This document shows positions 1 to 10,324 of a DNA stretch of 62,486 bases, one piece after another (within the stretch, counting starts at the first letter, position 1; each line of letters begins with the position of its first letter). The notes under the pieces are model-generated. The model worked only from the letters and a program-made list of their open reading frames with translations, was not told where the DNA came from and searched no databases. This DNA is from Solirubrobacteraceae bacterium. Its GTDB lineage: Bacteria > Actinomycetota > Thermoleophilia > Solirubrobacterales > Solirubrobacteraceae. The stretch lies in the NCBI GenBank assembly GCA_050999585.1, contig JBPCPC010000191.1, forward strand, positions 1 through 62,486. The letters run 5' to 3'. Both the position numbers and the translations under genes were made by a program.

Positions 1-610
1 GCAGCGGCCCGGGCGCGGCCGGGCACGGTCGCGGGCCTGCAGCGCCAGCCGGCCCGCGCGGAATCCAGCTGGCTGCTCTGTGGTCGTTCAGGCCGGGTGC
101 GCGCGGGGGTAAACGGCCACGAGTGGCGGTGGCGGACGGCTGATGGCCGATTTCCCTCCAGGGGCGAGGGTGAACGACGTTCACCGCCTGGGCGGCAGCA
201 GTCATGGCCGAAAACGACCGCGTAGCCCGAGCCGCCGATCGATCGTCACCGGCCGGGGTTCGGTTGGCAAACGGTTCGCGCAAACCCGTTTCCGCGGAAG
301 CGCTTTGGCCACGGGGGCTACAGCGTGATTTCCCGAGGCGTTCCTAGTGCTCTTGAGTTCCGGGGCGCCGGTGTTAGGGACCGGTGTCCGACTCTTCCCG
401 CTGACAGCAATCTATCCTCGCGCCGTCTGCGGCTCCCAACGAAACCACCGAGCGGCAACCAGCAGGTCGAAGGCAGCTCGGGCGGCGAGGATCCCGAGGT
501 CGGCGGCGGTGATCCCAGTGCCGGTCGCGACAACGGCGAGGCCACGCTGGATTCCCGCTGCAAGGTGCTCGAGCCCGAACACCTTCCCGACGGTCGCCAG
601 CCAGCTCTGG

Positions 611-3196
611 TCACTTCGCCGCGAGCCAGTCGGTGCCGACGCCGGCCTCCACCGCAAGCGGTGGGTCGAGCGCATACGCTCCCGCCATCTCCCGTACGGC
701 GATCTGCTTGACCTGCTCGGCTTCGTCGGCGGGCCCCTCGAACAGCAGCTCGTCGTGGATCTGCAGCACCAGCTTGGTCTGCAGGTCCGCATCGCGTAGC
801 GCGGCATCACAGCGGACCATCGCCACCTTCATGATGTCCGCCGCGGTCCCCTGGATGACCATGTTCACCGCGAAGCGCTCGCCCTGCTTGCGCAGCTCCC
901 ACCGCCGGGCGCGCAGCTCTGGCACCTGGCGCCGGCGCCCGAACAGGGTCGAGACGTAGCCGTGCTCGGTGCCCTGGGCGATCGTCTCCTCGATGAACCG
1001 CTCGACGGCCGGGAAGCCGGCCAGGTAGCGCTGGATGAACTCGTCGGCCTCTGACTGCGGAATGTCGAGCCGGTCGGCCATCCCGTAGGCCGACAGCCCG
1101 TAGACGATCCCGTAGTTGATCATCTTGGCCTTCGAGCGCATCCCGGGATCGATCTGGTCGGGCTGCACCCCGAACACCCGGCACGCGGTCGCGGTGTGCA
1201 CATCCTCACCGCGGCGGAAGATCTCCTTGAGCACGTCTTCGGAGGCGATGTGAGCCAGCAGCCGCAGCTCGACCTGGGAGTAGTCGGCCGAGACCAGCAG
1301 GCTCCCGGGCTCCGCCACGAAACACGCCCTGATCTCGCGTCCCAGCTCGGTGCGGATTGGGATGTTCTGCAGGTTCGGGTTATTCGACGACAACCGGCCG
1401 GTGGTGGCCGCCGTCTGATTAAACGTGGTGTGCAGACGGTCGCGCGGGTCGACCAGCAGTGGCAGCGCGTCTAAATACGTCTGGGCGAGCTTGGTCAGCT
1501 CGCGCCAGCGCTCGATCTTGGGGATGATCTCGTGCTCGGAACGGATCGCCTGCAGCACCCGGGCATCGGTGGAGTAGCCGGTCTTGCCGCGGCGTTTGCG
1601 CGAGAGCCCGAGCTTGGCGAACAGGACCTCCTCCAGCTGTTTGGGCGAACCGAGCGTGAACTCCTCACCCGCCAGTTCGTAGATCTCTGACTCCAGCGCG
1701 TCGGCCTCGGCCTTCACACGCTCGGAGATCTCGTGCAGGCGCTCAGTTTCGAGCTTGACGCCGGCCTGCTCCATCTCGCGCAGGATGCGCACGATCGGCA
1801 GCTCGACGTCCTGCAGCAGATCGGTCAGCCCGCGGCCGCGGATCTCCTCGCGCTGCCACTGCGCCAGCGCTGCGACCAAACGCGCGTCCGCGCCCGCCCC
1901 CTCCTCGACATCGGTGGCGAAGCCCCGATCCTCGCACAGCTCGCGGAACGGATACGCGCGCCGAGCCGGTTCCAGCAGATAGGCCGCGACCTCGGTGTCG
2001 TGGGCCAGCGTCTGTGGCACCTCCCCGAGCGCCTTGGCGTCGTGAGCGATCACCGGGCGTGCGCCGACGGCGACGACGAGCGCCTCGGCACAGTCGCACG
2101 CTCCGGTCGTGACCTCGCCTTGAGACTCAACGTAGGCGCCAAAGCTCCAGCGCTGGTTCTCACCGAACAGCGCGCCCTCGGGGGTGTCGGGCATGCGCAC
2201 CGCGACCGCGACCTCGGCGCCGGCGGGGATCCTCTCGATGTCCGTCAGCGAGCCGGTGCGCAGCTTCGCGGGCAGCGCCTGTTCGGCCACCGGGGCGGGT
2301 GCGGCAGCCTCGGCTGAACCGAGCGCCTCCTCCAGTCGGCGCAGCGGGTCGCGCAGCTCGAACTCCCGGAACACGTCGCGCAGCCGCGAGCGGTCGGGCT
2401 GCGCAGAGACGAACTCGGCGACATCGAGGCCGTCGAGCGGGATGTCGCGTTTCGCTGTCGCCAGATGCTTGGAGATGCGGGCGTTGTCGGCGTGCTCGGT
2501 CAGGTTCTGCTTGCGCTTGGCGCCGGAGATCTCGTTGATGCTGTCCAGGACGCTCTCGAGCGAGCCGAAACGCTGCAGCAGGTCGGCCGCAGTCTTGTCG
2601 CCGATCCCCGGAACGCCGGGAATGTTGTCCGACGTGTCGCCCTTGAGCCCGATGAAGTCAGGGACCAGCTCGGGCGGGATCCCGTAGCGATCGATCACGC
2701 CGTCGCGGTCGTACACGCGCGTGTCCGTGATCCCCCGGGATGTGGTCATGATCGACACCTGGTCGTCGACAAGCTGATAGGCGTCGCGGTCACCGGTCAC
2801 GACCATCACCTCGATCGGCGGATCCTGGGTCTTGGCGAGCTCGGCCAGCGAGGCGATTACGTCGTCGGCCTCATAGCCGTCGACCTTCAGGTTGCGGTAA
2901 CCGAACGCGTCCACCAGGGGTTCCAGGTGCGGCCACTGTTCCTTGAGCAGGTCGGGGCGGCTGGAGCGCTGCGCCTTGTACTCGGCGTAGACCTCCTTGC
3001 GACCGGATGAGCCGGCATCCCACACGACCACGGTCGCCTTGGGGCCGTAGTCGGTGAGGATCTTGACCAGCATCGAGGCGAAGCCGAAGATCGCGTTGGT
3101 GGGCACCCCGGTGGAGGTCGCGATCGACTCGGGCAGCGCGAAGAACGCCCGGTAGGCGAGGCTGTTGCCGTCGATCAGGAAGAGCTCGTCAGCCAT
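611..3196 (-). CDS. polA: DNA polymerase I
   Basis: N-terminal 5'-3' exonuclease (LIDGNSLAYRAFFA, DNIPGVPGIG), Pol A motifs TGRLSS..PNLQNIP, DYSQVELRLLAH, KMINYGIVYG, QIHDEL. Confidence 0.98.
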   Translation of the reverse strand: MADELFLIDGNSLAYRAFFALPESIATSTGVPTNAIFGFASMLVKILTDYGPKATVVVWDAGSSGRKEVYAEYKAQRSSRPDLLKEQWPHLEPLVDAFGYRNLKVDGYEADDVIASLAELAKTQDPPIEVMVVTGDRDAYQLVDDQVSIMTTSRGITDTRVYDRDGVIDRYGIPPELVPDFIGLKGDTSDNIPGVPGIGDKTAADLLQRFGSLESVLDSINEISGAKRKQNLTEHADNARISKHLATAKRDIPLDGLDVAEFVSAQPDRSRLRDVFREFELRDPLRRLEEALGSAEAAAPAPVAEQALPAKLRTGSLTDIERIPAGAEVAVAVRMPDTPEGALFGENQRWSFGAYVESQGEVTTGACDCAEALVVAVGARPVIAHDAKALGEVPQTLAHDTEVAAYLLEPARRAYPFRELCEDRGFATDVEEGAGADARLVAALAQWQREEIRGRGLTDLLQDVELPIVRILREMEQAGVKLETERLHEISERVKAEADALESEIYELAGEEFTLGSPKQLEEVLFAKLGLSRKRRGKTGYSTDARVLQAIRSEHEIIPKIERWRELTKLAQTYLDALPLLVDPRDRLHTTFNQTAATTGRLSSNNPNLQNIPIRTELGREIRACFVAEPGSLLVSADYSQVELRLLAHIASEDVLKEIFRRGEDVHTATACRVFGVQPDQIDPGMRSKAKMINYGIVYGLSAYGMADRLDIPQSEADEFIQRYLAGFPAVERFIEETIAQGTEHGYVSTLFGRRRQVPELRARRWELRKQGERFAVNMVIQGTAADIMKVAMVRCDAALRDADLQTKLVLQIHDELLFEGPADEAEQVKQIAVREMAGAYALDPPLAVEAGVGTDWLAAK

Positions 3197-3271
3197 CGTG
3201 ATCTGAGCCTATCTCGCGAGTCGGTGTGACCCTGAGCAGACGGCTTCCGCGACCGGCCGCGCGGGAATAAC

Positions 3272-4753
<1,482 letters not shown>

Positions 4754-4788
4754 TCGATCGCGGGGCGCGATCGTTTCTCACAGACCTC

Positions 4789-4851
4789 TGCCGTGGCCGT
4801 GGCCTTGGCCTTGGCCTTGGCCTTGGTCTTGGCCTTGGTCTTGGCCTTGGC
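4789..4851. repeat. Intergenic hexamer tandem repeat (GGCCTT/GGTCTT/GGCCGT) x~10
   Basis: Directly visible: tgccgtggccgtggccttggccttggccttggccttggtcttggccttggtcttggccttggc. Confidence 0.95.
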
Positions 4852-4897
4852 GAAAGTGTGAAATCGGCAACAGCGAGGGGTGTAGGCGCGGGCGCTC

Positions 4898-6313
4898 GTG
4901 GCTCTTGATGGCATGGAAAGCCACAAGAACTCGCATTCCTCCCAATCCCCGGACCTCGCTGACCGGCGCGGGGCTCAGACGCCGAAACGCACCACCTCAA
5001 GCCCGTACCTCGTCCAGGTGCTCGGGCAGGGGCAGAGATTGCGCGTGGAGGGCACGAAGTACTGCCGCGCCGGGGCGATCGCGACCGTGCAGCGCGGGTT
5101 GGTCTCACGCGGCCAGCTCCTGCAGGCCGGCTTGAGCCATGACGTGATCCGCCGCCTGGTCCGGCGACATTGGCTGATCGAGGTGTATCCCGGGGTCTTT
5201 GCCGTCGGCTACTACAGGGCGGCGGACGTGCCGGTCGTTCGCGAGACCGCCGCGGCGCTCGCCGTGCGCTCGCCCGGCTGGCTCAGCCACCAGTCGGCCG
5301 CGGCGGTGTGGGGCGTGACCTGCATCAACGAGTACGCCGAGCCTGCCCATGTGACGGTGGCGGTGGACTCCGCCCCCCACCGCGCCGGCGTTCAGGTGCA
5401 TCGCAGCCACTCACTCCAAGCCGCAGACCGCCGCATCCACGACGGCCTGCCGGTCACGTCTCCAAACAGGATGCTGCTGGATGTCGCGGCTGAGTCCACG
5501 GATCGCGAGCTGGAGCGAGCGTGTGACGATGTGCTCGTCAAGCGCCTGGCTCGCGCATCCGACGTGCGCCAGGTCCTGGCGAGCGCTAACGGGCATCGGG
5601 GACGCAAGCGGTGGCAGTCGGTCCTGGACACCCATACCGAGACGACCCTGACCCGGTCTGAGGCCGAGGAGCGCATGCTGATGCTGATTCGCGCCAGTGG
5701 CCTCCCCGAACCCGTGGTCAATCATCGGCTGCACGGGTTCGAGGTCGACTTCCACTGGCCCAGGGAGCGGCTCGTGCTTGAGGTCGACGGCTTTCGCTAT
5801 CACTCCTCGCGAACGGCCTTCGAGCGAGACCGGGAGCGAGACGCGATCCTGAGCCCACACGGGCTCAGCCTGATGCGCGTCACCTGGCGTCAGCTGCAGG
5901 ACGAGCCGCTGGCCGTGATCGCACGGCTCGCCCAGGCACTCGCGACGGCGGAGGCCTCAGGCGTGGAGCTCCCGATGACGTCATCTGGCGGGCAGCTTGT
6001 GAAATGGGCATGGCGGGTCCGCGCAACCCGGTCCAGCCACCGTCGCAACCCGGGCACACCCACGCCTAGGCGCACCCACGTCCGGAGCTACTCCGAGACG
6101 CCCCCCGACGGCGTGTCTGAATTGGGTGGCGCGTCCACCACCGCAGGCGGCCCCTCGGCCACCGCGACGCCGGCCCCCGGCCCGCGCGAGCGCTTGGGCA
6201 ACGGCCCCTCCTCCTTCCACGCCGACCCGGGCCGGCCGGGCAGCAGGAGCACGATCAGGAACCCGACGAAGGTCAGGATCAGCCCAAAGGTCAGGCCGAG
6301 GCGCTCACCGTAG
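4898..6313 (+). CDS. AbiEi-like wHTH + DUF559 (Vsr-like) endonuclease domain protein; start uncertain, recognisable domain ends near 5945
   Basis: QRGLVSRGQLLQAGLS...YPGVFAVG, LSHQSAAAVWG, LPVTSPNRMLLD, EVDFHWP..RLVLEVDGFRYH...DRERDAIL..MRVTW. Confidence 0.85.
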   Translation: MALDGMESHKNSHSSQSPDLADRRGAQTPKRTTSSPYLVQVLGQGQRLRVEGTKYCRAGAIATVQRGLVSRGQLLQAGLSHDVIRRLVRRHWLIEVYPGVFAVGYYRAADVPVVRETAAALAVRSPGWLSHQSAAAVWGVTCINEYAEPAHVTVAVDSAPHRAGVQVHRSHSLQAADRRIHDGLPVTSPNRMLLDVAAESTDRELERACDDVLVKRLARASDVRQVLASANGHRGRKRWQSVLDTHTETTLTRSEAEERMLMLIRASGLPEPVVNHRLHGFEVDFHWPRERLVLEVDGFRYHSSRTAFERDRERDAILSPHGLSLMRVTWRQLQDEPLAVIARLAQALATAEASGVELPMTSSGGQLVKWAWRVRATRSSHRRNPGTPTPRRTHVRSYSETPPDGVSELGGASTTAGGPSATATPAPGPRERLGNGPSSFHADPGRPGSRSTIRNPTKVRISPKVRPRRSP

Positions 6314-6411
6314 CCCTTGCGCTCGGCGAGCCACGCGCCACCGGCGGCCGACAGCAGCCAGATGAACAGCAGGTACAGCGCCGTGGCGCCGATCGTGGCG
6401 AACACGGTCAT
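6088..6411 (-). CDS. Small hypothetical membrane protein (2 TM), last gene of liv operon
   Basis: Two hydrophobic helices, host-like codon usage, 7 nt after livF stop. Confidence 0.75.
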   Translation of the reverse strand: MTVFATIGATALYLLFIWLLSAAGGAWLAERKGYGERLGLTFGLILTFVGFLIVLLLPGRPGSAWKEEGPLPKRSRGPGAGVAVAEGPPAVVDAPPNSDTPSGGVSE

Positions 6412-6418
6412 CGCACGC

Positions 6419-7126
6419 TCATGTCCCCAGGTACGCGCGCTGGACCTCGGGGTCGTCGCGCAGCTGATCGGAGGCGTTGGCCAGGACCACCCGGCCGGTC
6501 TCCATCACGTAGCCGCGGGTCGAGGCCTCGAGTGCGTAGTTGGCGTTCTGCTCGACCAGCAGGATCGACACCCCCGAGCGGTTGATCTCGCCGATCGTCT
6601 CATAGATGCGCTGCACCAGGATCGGCGCGATCCCCATCGAGGGCTCGTCGAGCATCAGCAGCCGGGGCCGGGCCATCAATGCGCGGCCGATCGCCAGCAT
6701 CTGCTGCTCCCCGCCCGACATCGTCCCCGCCTTCTGCTTCTCGCGCTCCTTCAGGCGGGGGAACAGGACATAGACCCGCTCCAGATCGGCGTTGACCTCG
6801 GTCCCGCGGCGGTGATGGGCCCCGAGGTCGAGGTTCTCACGCACGCTCATGCGCGGGAAGCAGTGGCGGCCCTCGGGCGAGAGCGCGATCCCGTGGCCGG
6901 GGATGTCGTGGGCCGGCACTCGCGTGATGTCGCGGCCAGCGAAGCGGATCCGGCCTGAGCTGGCGGGCGTCAGGCCCGAGATCGATCGCAACGTCGTCGA
7001 CTTGCCAGCGCCGTTGGAGCCGATCAGGGTCACAACCTCACCCTCCTCGACGGTCAGCGAGATGCCCTTCAGCGCCTCGATCGACCCGTAGTGGGTGTGG
7101 ATGTCGTCGACCTCGAGGAGCGCCAT
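6419..7126 (-). CDS. livF: Branched-chain amino acid ABC transporter ATPase
   Basis: GSNGAGKST, MSGGEQQMLAIGRALM, LDEPSMG, LLVEQNA. Confidence 0.95.
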   Translation of the reverse strand: MALLEVDDIHTHYGSIEALKGISLTVEEGEVVTLIGSNGAGKSTTLRSISGLTPASSGRIRFAGRDITRVPAHDIPGHGIALSPEGRHCFPRMSVRENLDLGAHHRRGTEVNADLERVYVLFPRLKEREKQKAGTMSGGEQQMLAIGRALMARPRLLMLDEPSMGIAPILVQRIYETIGEINRSGVSILLVEQNANYALEASTRGYVMETGRVVLANASDQLRDDPEVQRAYLGT

Positions 7127-7947
7127 CAGTCCTGCTTGCCCAGGTAGGCCTCGATCACGCGCGGGTCGGTGCGCACGACGGCGGGCGAGCCCTCGGCGAT
7201 CTTCTCGCCGTGATCGAGCACCCAGACGTGCTCGGAGACGCCCATCACGACCTTCATGTCGTGCTCGATCAGCAGGATCGTCAGCTTCAGGTCGTCGCGC
7301 AGCTTGCGCATGAAGTCCGTCAGCTGGCCGGACTCCTGCGGGTTCATGCCGGCGGTCGGCTCGTCGAGCAGCAGCAGCGTCGGTTCCGACGCCAGCGCCC
7401 GGGCGATCTCAACTCGCCGCTGATCTCCGTAGGAGAGCTCGGTGGCGAGCTGATCGGCCGCTGCCGGGCTCAGACCGACATAGGCGAGCAGCTCCCGGGC
7501 CCGATCGCGGACGTCGCGCTCCTCTTTACGGATCCACGGCGGGCGTAGGATCGAGCCGACCAGGCCTCCTCGCATCCGGGCGTGGCGGCCGATCATCACG
7601 TTCTCAAGCGCGGTCATCGCGCCGAACAGACGGATGTTCTGAAACGTCCGGGCGACGCCGAAACCGGTGATCCGGTCCGGACGGACCCGGCTGATGTCGC
7701 GGTCGCCGAGCAGGATCCGCCCGGCCGTCGGTTTGTACAGCCCGGTGAGCATGTTGAACAGCGTCGTCTTGCCGGCCCCGTTGGGTCCGATCAGTGACAC
7801 GATCGACAGTCCCGGGACCTCGATCGAGACGTCGTTGACGGCCACCAGGCCACCGAACTCCTTGGTCACGTGCTCGACGCGCATCGCCACCGAAGCCGGT
7901 CCTGCGCCCCCGGATGCCTGCGCGGTGATCGGTGCTTCGGCGCTCAC
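7126..7947 (-). CDS. livG: Branched-chain amino acid ABC transporter ATPase
   Basis: GPNGAGKTT, ARTFQNIRLF, LSYGDQRRVEIARAL, VIEAYLG. Confidence 0.95.
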   Translation of the reverse strand: MSAEAPITAQASGGAGPASVAMRVEHVTKEFGGLVAVNDVSIEVPGLSIVSLIGPNGAGKTTLFNMLTGLYKPTAGRILLGDRDISRVRPDRITGFGVARTFQNIRLFGAMTALENVMIGRHARMRGGLVGSILRPPWIRKEERDVRDRARELLAYVGLSPAAADQLATELSYGDQRRVEIARALASEPTLLLLDEPTAGMNPQESGQLTDFMRKLRDDLKLTILLIEHDMKVVMGVSEHVWVLDHGEKIAEGSPAVVRTDPRVIEAYLGKQD

Positions 7948-9122
7948 GAGCCGGGCGCCTCCGACAGCTGAGCGTCCTCGGCCGCGATCTCAGAGGTCAT
8001 CTCCATCCGCCGTCTTCGCTCGGGGATCAGGCCCTGCGGGCGCAGCACCATGACCAGCACCAGCAGGAACCCGAAGATCCCGTACTCGACCGTGGACAGC
8101 GAGAAGTTCAGGCCGAGCTTCTGCGGCAAGCTGTTGAGCACGTCGGGGATCAGGTAGTTGTTGATGTAGCCGAGCATCAGACCACCCACCAGCGCCCCCC
8201 AGATCGAGCCCAGGCCGCCGATGATCACCATCGCCAGCACGAAGATCGAGAACCCGAACTGGAACTGGCCGGCGTTGACCTCGGTGTAGTAGGTGCCCAG
8301 AAACGCTCCCGACATGCCGCCGAACATGGCGCCGATCGCGTACGCGGAGAGCTTCGTGCGCACCGACGGGATGCCCATTGAGATGGCCGCGACCTCATCC
8401 TCGCGCAGCGCCACCCAGGCCCGGCCCAGACGCGAGTCGCGCAAGCGCAGGTTGACGAACACGACGATCAGCAGGATCGCGAAGATCAGCCAGTACCAGG
8501 GTCTGAGATTGAGCAGGTTAAATAACCCGATGCCCGGGAAATACGGCGGGTCAACGGCGCTGATCCCGAGCTGGCCGGCGGTCAGCGTCATCCCCCCACC
8601 GAGCTGCACGCTCTGGCCGTTGACGGCCACGACGCCGATGATCTCCCCGAACGCGAGCGTGACGATCGCGATATAATCCCCGCGCAGCCGCAGGGTGGGC
8701 AGGCCGATCAGCATCCCGGCGATCGCACAAATCGCCGCCGCCGCGATCAGGATCAGGATGAAGTTCAGGTGCACACCGATCTCGCTCGCGGCCACGCCCG
8801 AGACGCCGACGTGGACGTGCGCCTTGAAGAAGAAGTCTGAGCCAAACCAGCCCAGCGAGTAGGCGCCCAACGCGTAGAAGGCGACATAGCCGAGGTCCAG
8901 CAGACCGGCGAAGCCGACGACCACGTTCAGCCCCAGCGACATCACCGCAAATGCGACCGCGATGATCGTCGCGTTCATGAAGCCGCTGTTCTGGGCGAAG
9001 AAGAACGGCAGCACGATCCCGATCACGATCAGCGCGCCGGCCAGCCCGCGTGACCACCACGACGGCAGGCGACCCTCGATCGCCGCGCGCCACTCGCGCA
9101 GCTGGGCTCGGAGCTCGCTCAT
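7944..9122 (-). CDS. livM: Branched-chain amino acid ABC transporter permease
   Basis: GLNVVVGFAGLLDLGYVAFY, LRLRGDYIAIVTLAFGEI, GRAWVALREDE. Confidence 0.95.
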   Translation of the reverse strand: MSELRAQLREWRAAIEGRLPSWWSRGLAGALIVIGIVLPFFFAQNSGFMNATIIAVAFAVMSLGLNVVVGFAGLLDLGYVAFYALGAYSLGWFGSDFFFKAHVHVGVSGVAASEIGVHLNFILILIAAAAICAIAGMLIGLPTLRLRGDYIAIVTLAFGEIIGVVAVNGQSVQLGGGMTLTAGQLGISAVDPPYFPGIGLFNLLNLRPWYWLIFAILLIVVFVNLRLRDSRLGRAWVALREDEVAAISMGIPSVRTKLSAYAIGAMFGGMSGAFLGTYYTEVNAGQFQFGFSIFVLAMVIIGGLGSIWGALVGGLMLGYINNYLIPDVLNSLPQKLGLNFSLSTVEYGIFGFLLVLVMVLRPQGLIPERRRRMEMTSEIAAEDAQLSEAPGS

Positions 9123-9156
9123 CGAGCCTCGCCTCGCTCGGGTCCCAGCACGCCGG

Positions 9157-10266
9157 TCATCCGGCCTCCCGGGTCTCCTCGCCCAGCAGGCCGCGGGGTC
9201 GCAGGATCATGACCACGATCAGGTAGACGAACACGACCGCCTCGGTCCACTGCGGGCCGATGCGCGAGTCCGACAGCGCCTGGATCACGCCGATGATCAG
9301 GCCGCCGAGGACCGCGCCGCGGACGTTGCCGATCCCGCCCATCACCGCAGCGGTGAAGGCGATCAGGCCGGCCTCGAAGCCCTGGAAATACCAGACGTTG
9401 GTTTCGTACAGGGCGTAGACCAGGCCCGCCGCCCCGGCCAGCATCCCGCCGAGCAGGAACGTCAGCGAGATCGTCTGGTTGACGTTGATGCCCATCAGCC
9501 GGGCCGCCTCGGGATCCTGGGCGGTGGCCCGCATCGCCCGCCCCGGACGGGTGCTGGCGATGAACCAACCCAGGCCGAACACCAGCGGCAGCATCACCAG
9601 CAGCGCCAACAGGTAGCCGCGCACGATCGGCACACCCGAGATGTGAAATACGGTCTGGCCCTGGTGGATCAGGTCGTTGACGCCCTGCGGAGAGCCGCCC
9701 AGCCACAGCAGGCCGACGTTCTGCAGGATGAACGAGAAGCCGACGGCGGTGATCAGCGGCGCCAGCTTGGGCGCGCCGCGCAGCGGCCGGTAGGCGACGC
9801 GCTCGATCAGCACGTTGAGCGAGCCGCACACGAACATCGAGATCACCAGCGTGGCCAGCAGCCCGAGGATCAGGCCGAGTGGGCCGGTGGCCAGCCCGAG
9901 CCCGAGCGTGCCCCAGAGGCCCGCGGACGTGAACGAGCCGATCATGAACAGGTCGCCGTGGGCGAAGTTGATCAGCTCGATGATCCCGTACACGAGCGTG
10001 TAGCCGATCGCGATCAGCGCCCAGATCGCCCCGTTGGAGAGCCCCTGCACGACGTTGAAGCCGAGATGGCTGAGATCGTGGTGGATCAGCGGATGGCCGT
10101 GTGCGAAGCCCGCCGCATATCCGTGCGTGAGGTCGCGGACGCCGTAGTAGATCGGCAATGCCGCCAATGCCACCAACAGGCCCCAGCGCCCGGCGGCTCG
10201 CCGGATCGCCGCCAGCGGACGCACCGCCGGGGCGGGCAGGCGTGGCGTGAACGAGGACGCTTCCAC
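9157..10266 (-). CDS. livH: Branched-chain amino acid ABC transporter permease
   Basis: ALIAIGYTLVYGIIELINFAHG, GRAMRATAQD, AFTAAVMGGIG. Confidence 0.95.
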   Translation of the reverse strand: MEASSFTPRLPAPAVRPLAAIRRAAGRWGLLVALAALPIYYGVRDLTHGYAAGFAHGHPLIHHDLSHLGFNVVQGLSNGAIWALIAIGYTLVYGIIELINFAHGDLFMIGSFTSAGLWGTLGLGLATGPLGLILGLLATLVISMFVCGSLNVLIERVAYRPLRGAPKLAPLITAVGFSFILQNVGLLWLGGSPQGVNDLIHQGQTVFHISGVPIVRGYLLALLVMLPLVFGLGWFIASTRPGRAMRATAQDPEAARLMGINVNQTISLTFLLGGMLAGAAGLVYALYETNVWYFQGFEAGLIAFTAAVMGGIGNVRGAVLGGLIIGVIQALSDSRIGPQWTEAVVFVYLIVVMILRPRGLLGEETREAG

Positions 10267-10286
10267 GAGCGGGAGAGAATAGGTGA

Positions 10287-10312
10287 GGGGAGGGCGCCGT
10301 GGCGCCCTCCCC
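10287..10312. terminator. Perfect 12-bp GC inverted repeat between binding-protein gene and livH (partial terminator or mRNA stabiliser)
   Basis: ggggagggcgcc-gt-ggcgccctcccc, 12 nt downstream of the SBP stop. Confidence 0.7.
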
Positions 10313-10324
10313 CGGCACTTCGGT

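Noticed and set aside
169-185. Second LexA box
   Set aside because: The GAAC-GTTC spacer is 3 nt rather than 4, and the flanks differ.
1-205. Minus-strand ORF from ATG 205 running off the window edge
   Set aside because: Open but with no recognisable homology and weak codon bias; cannot be supported.
262-320. c-di-GMP-I (GEMM) riboswitch suggested by GGCAAAC...GCAAA
   Set aside because: The P2 stem with GNRA loop and the correct spacing are missing.
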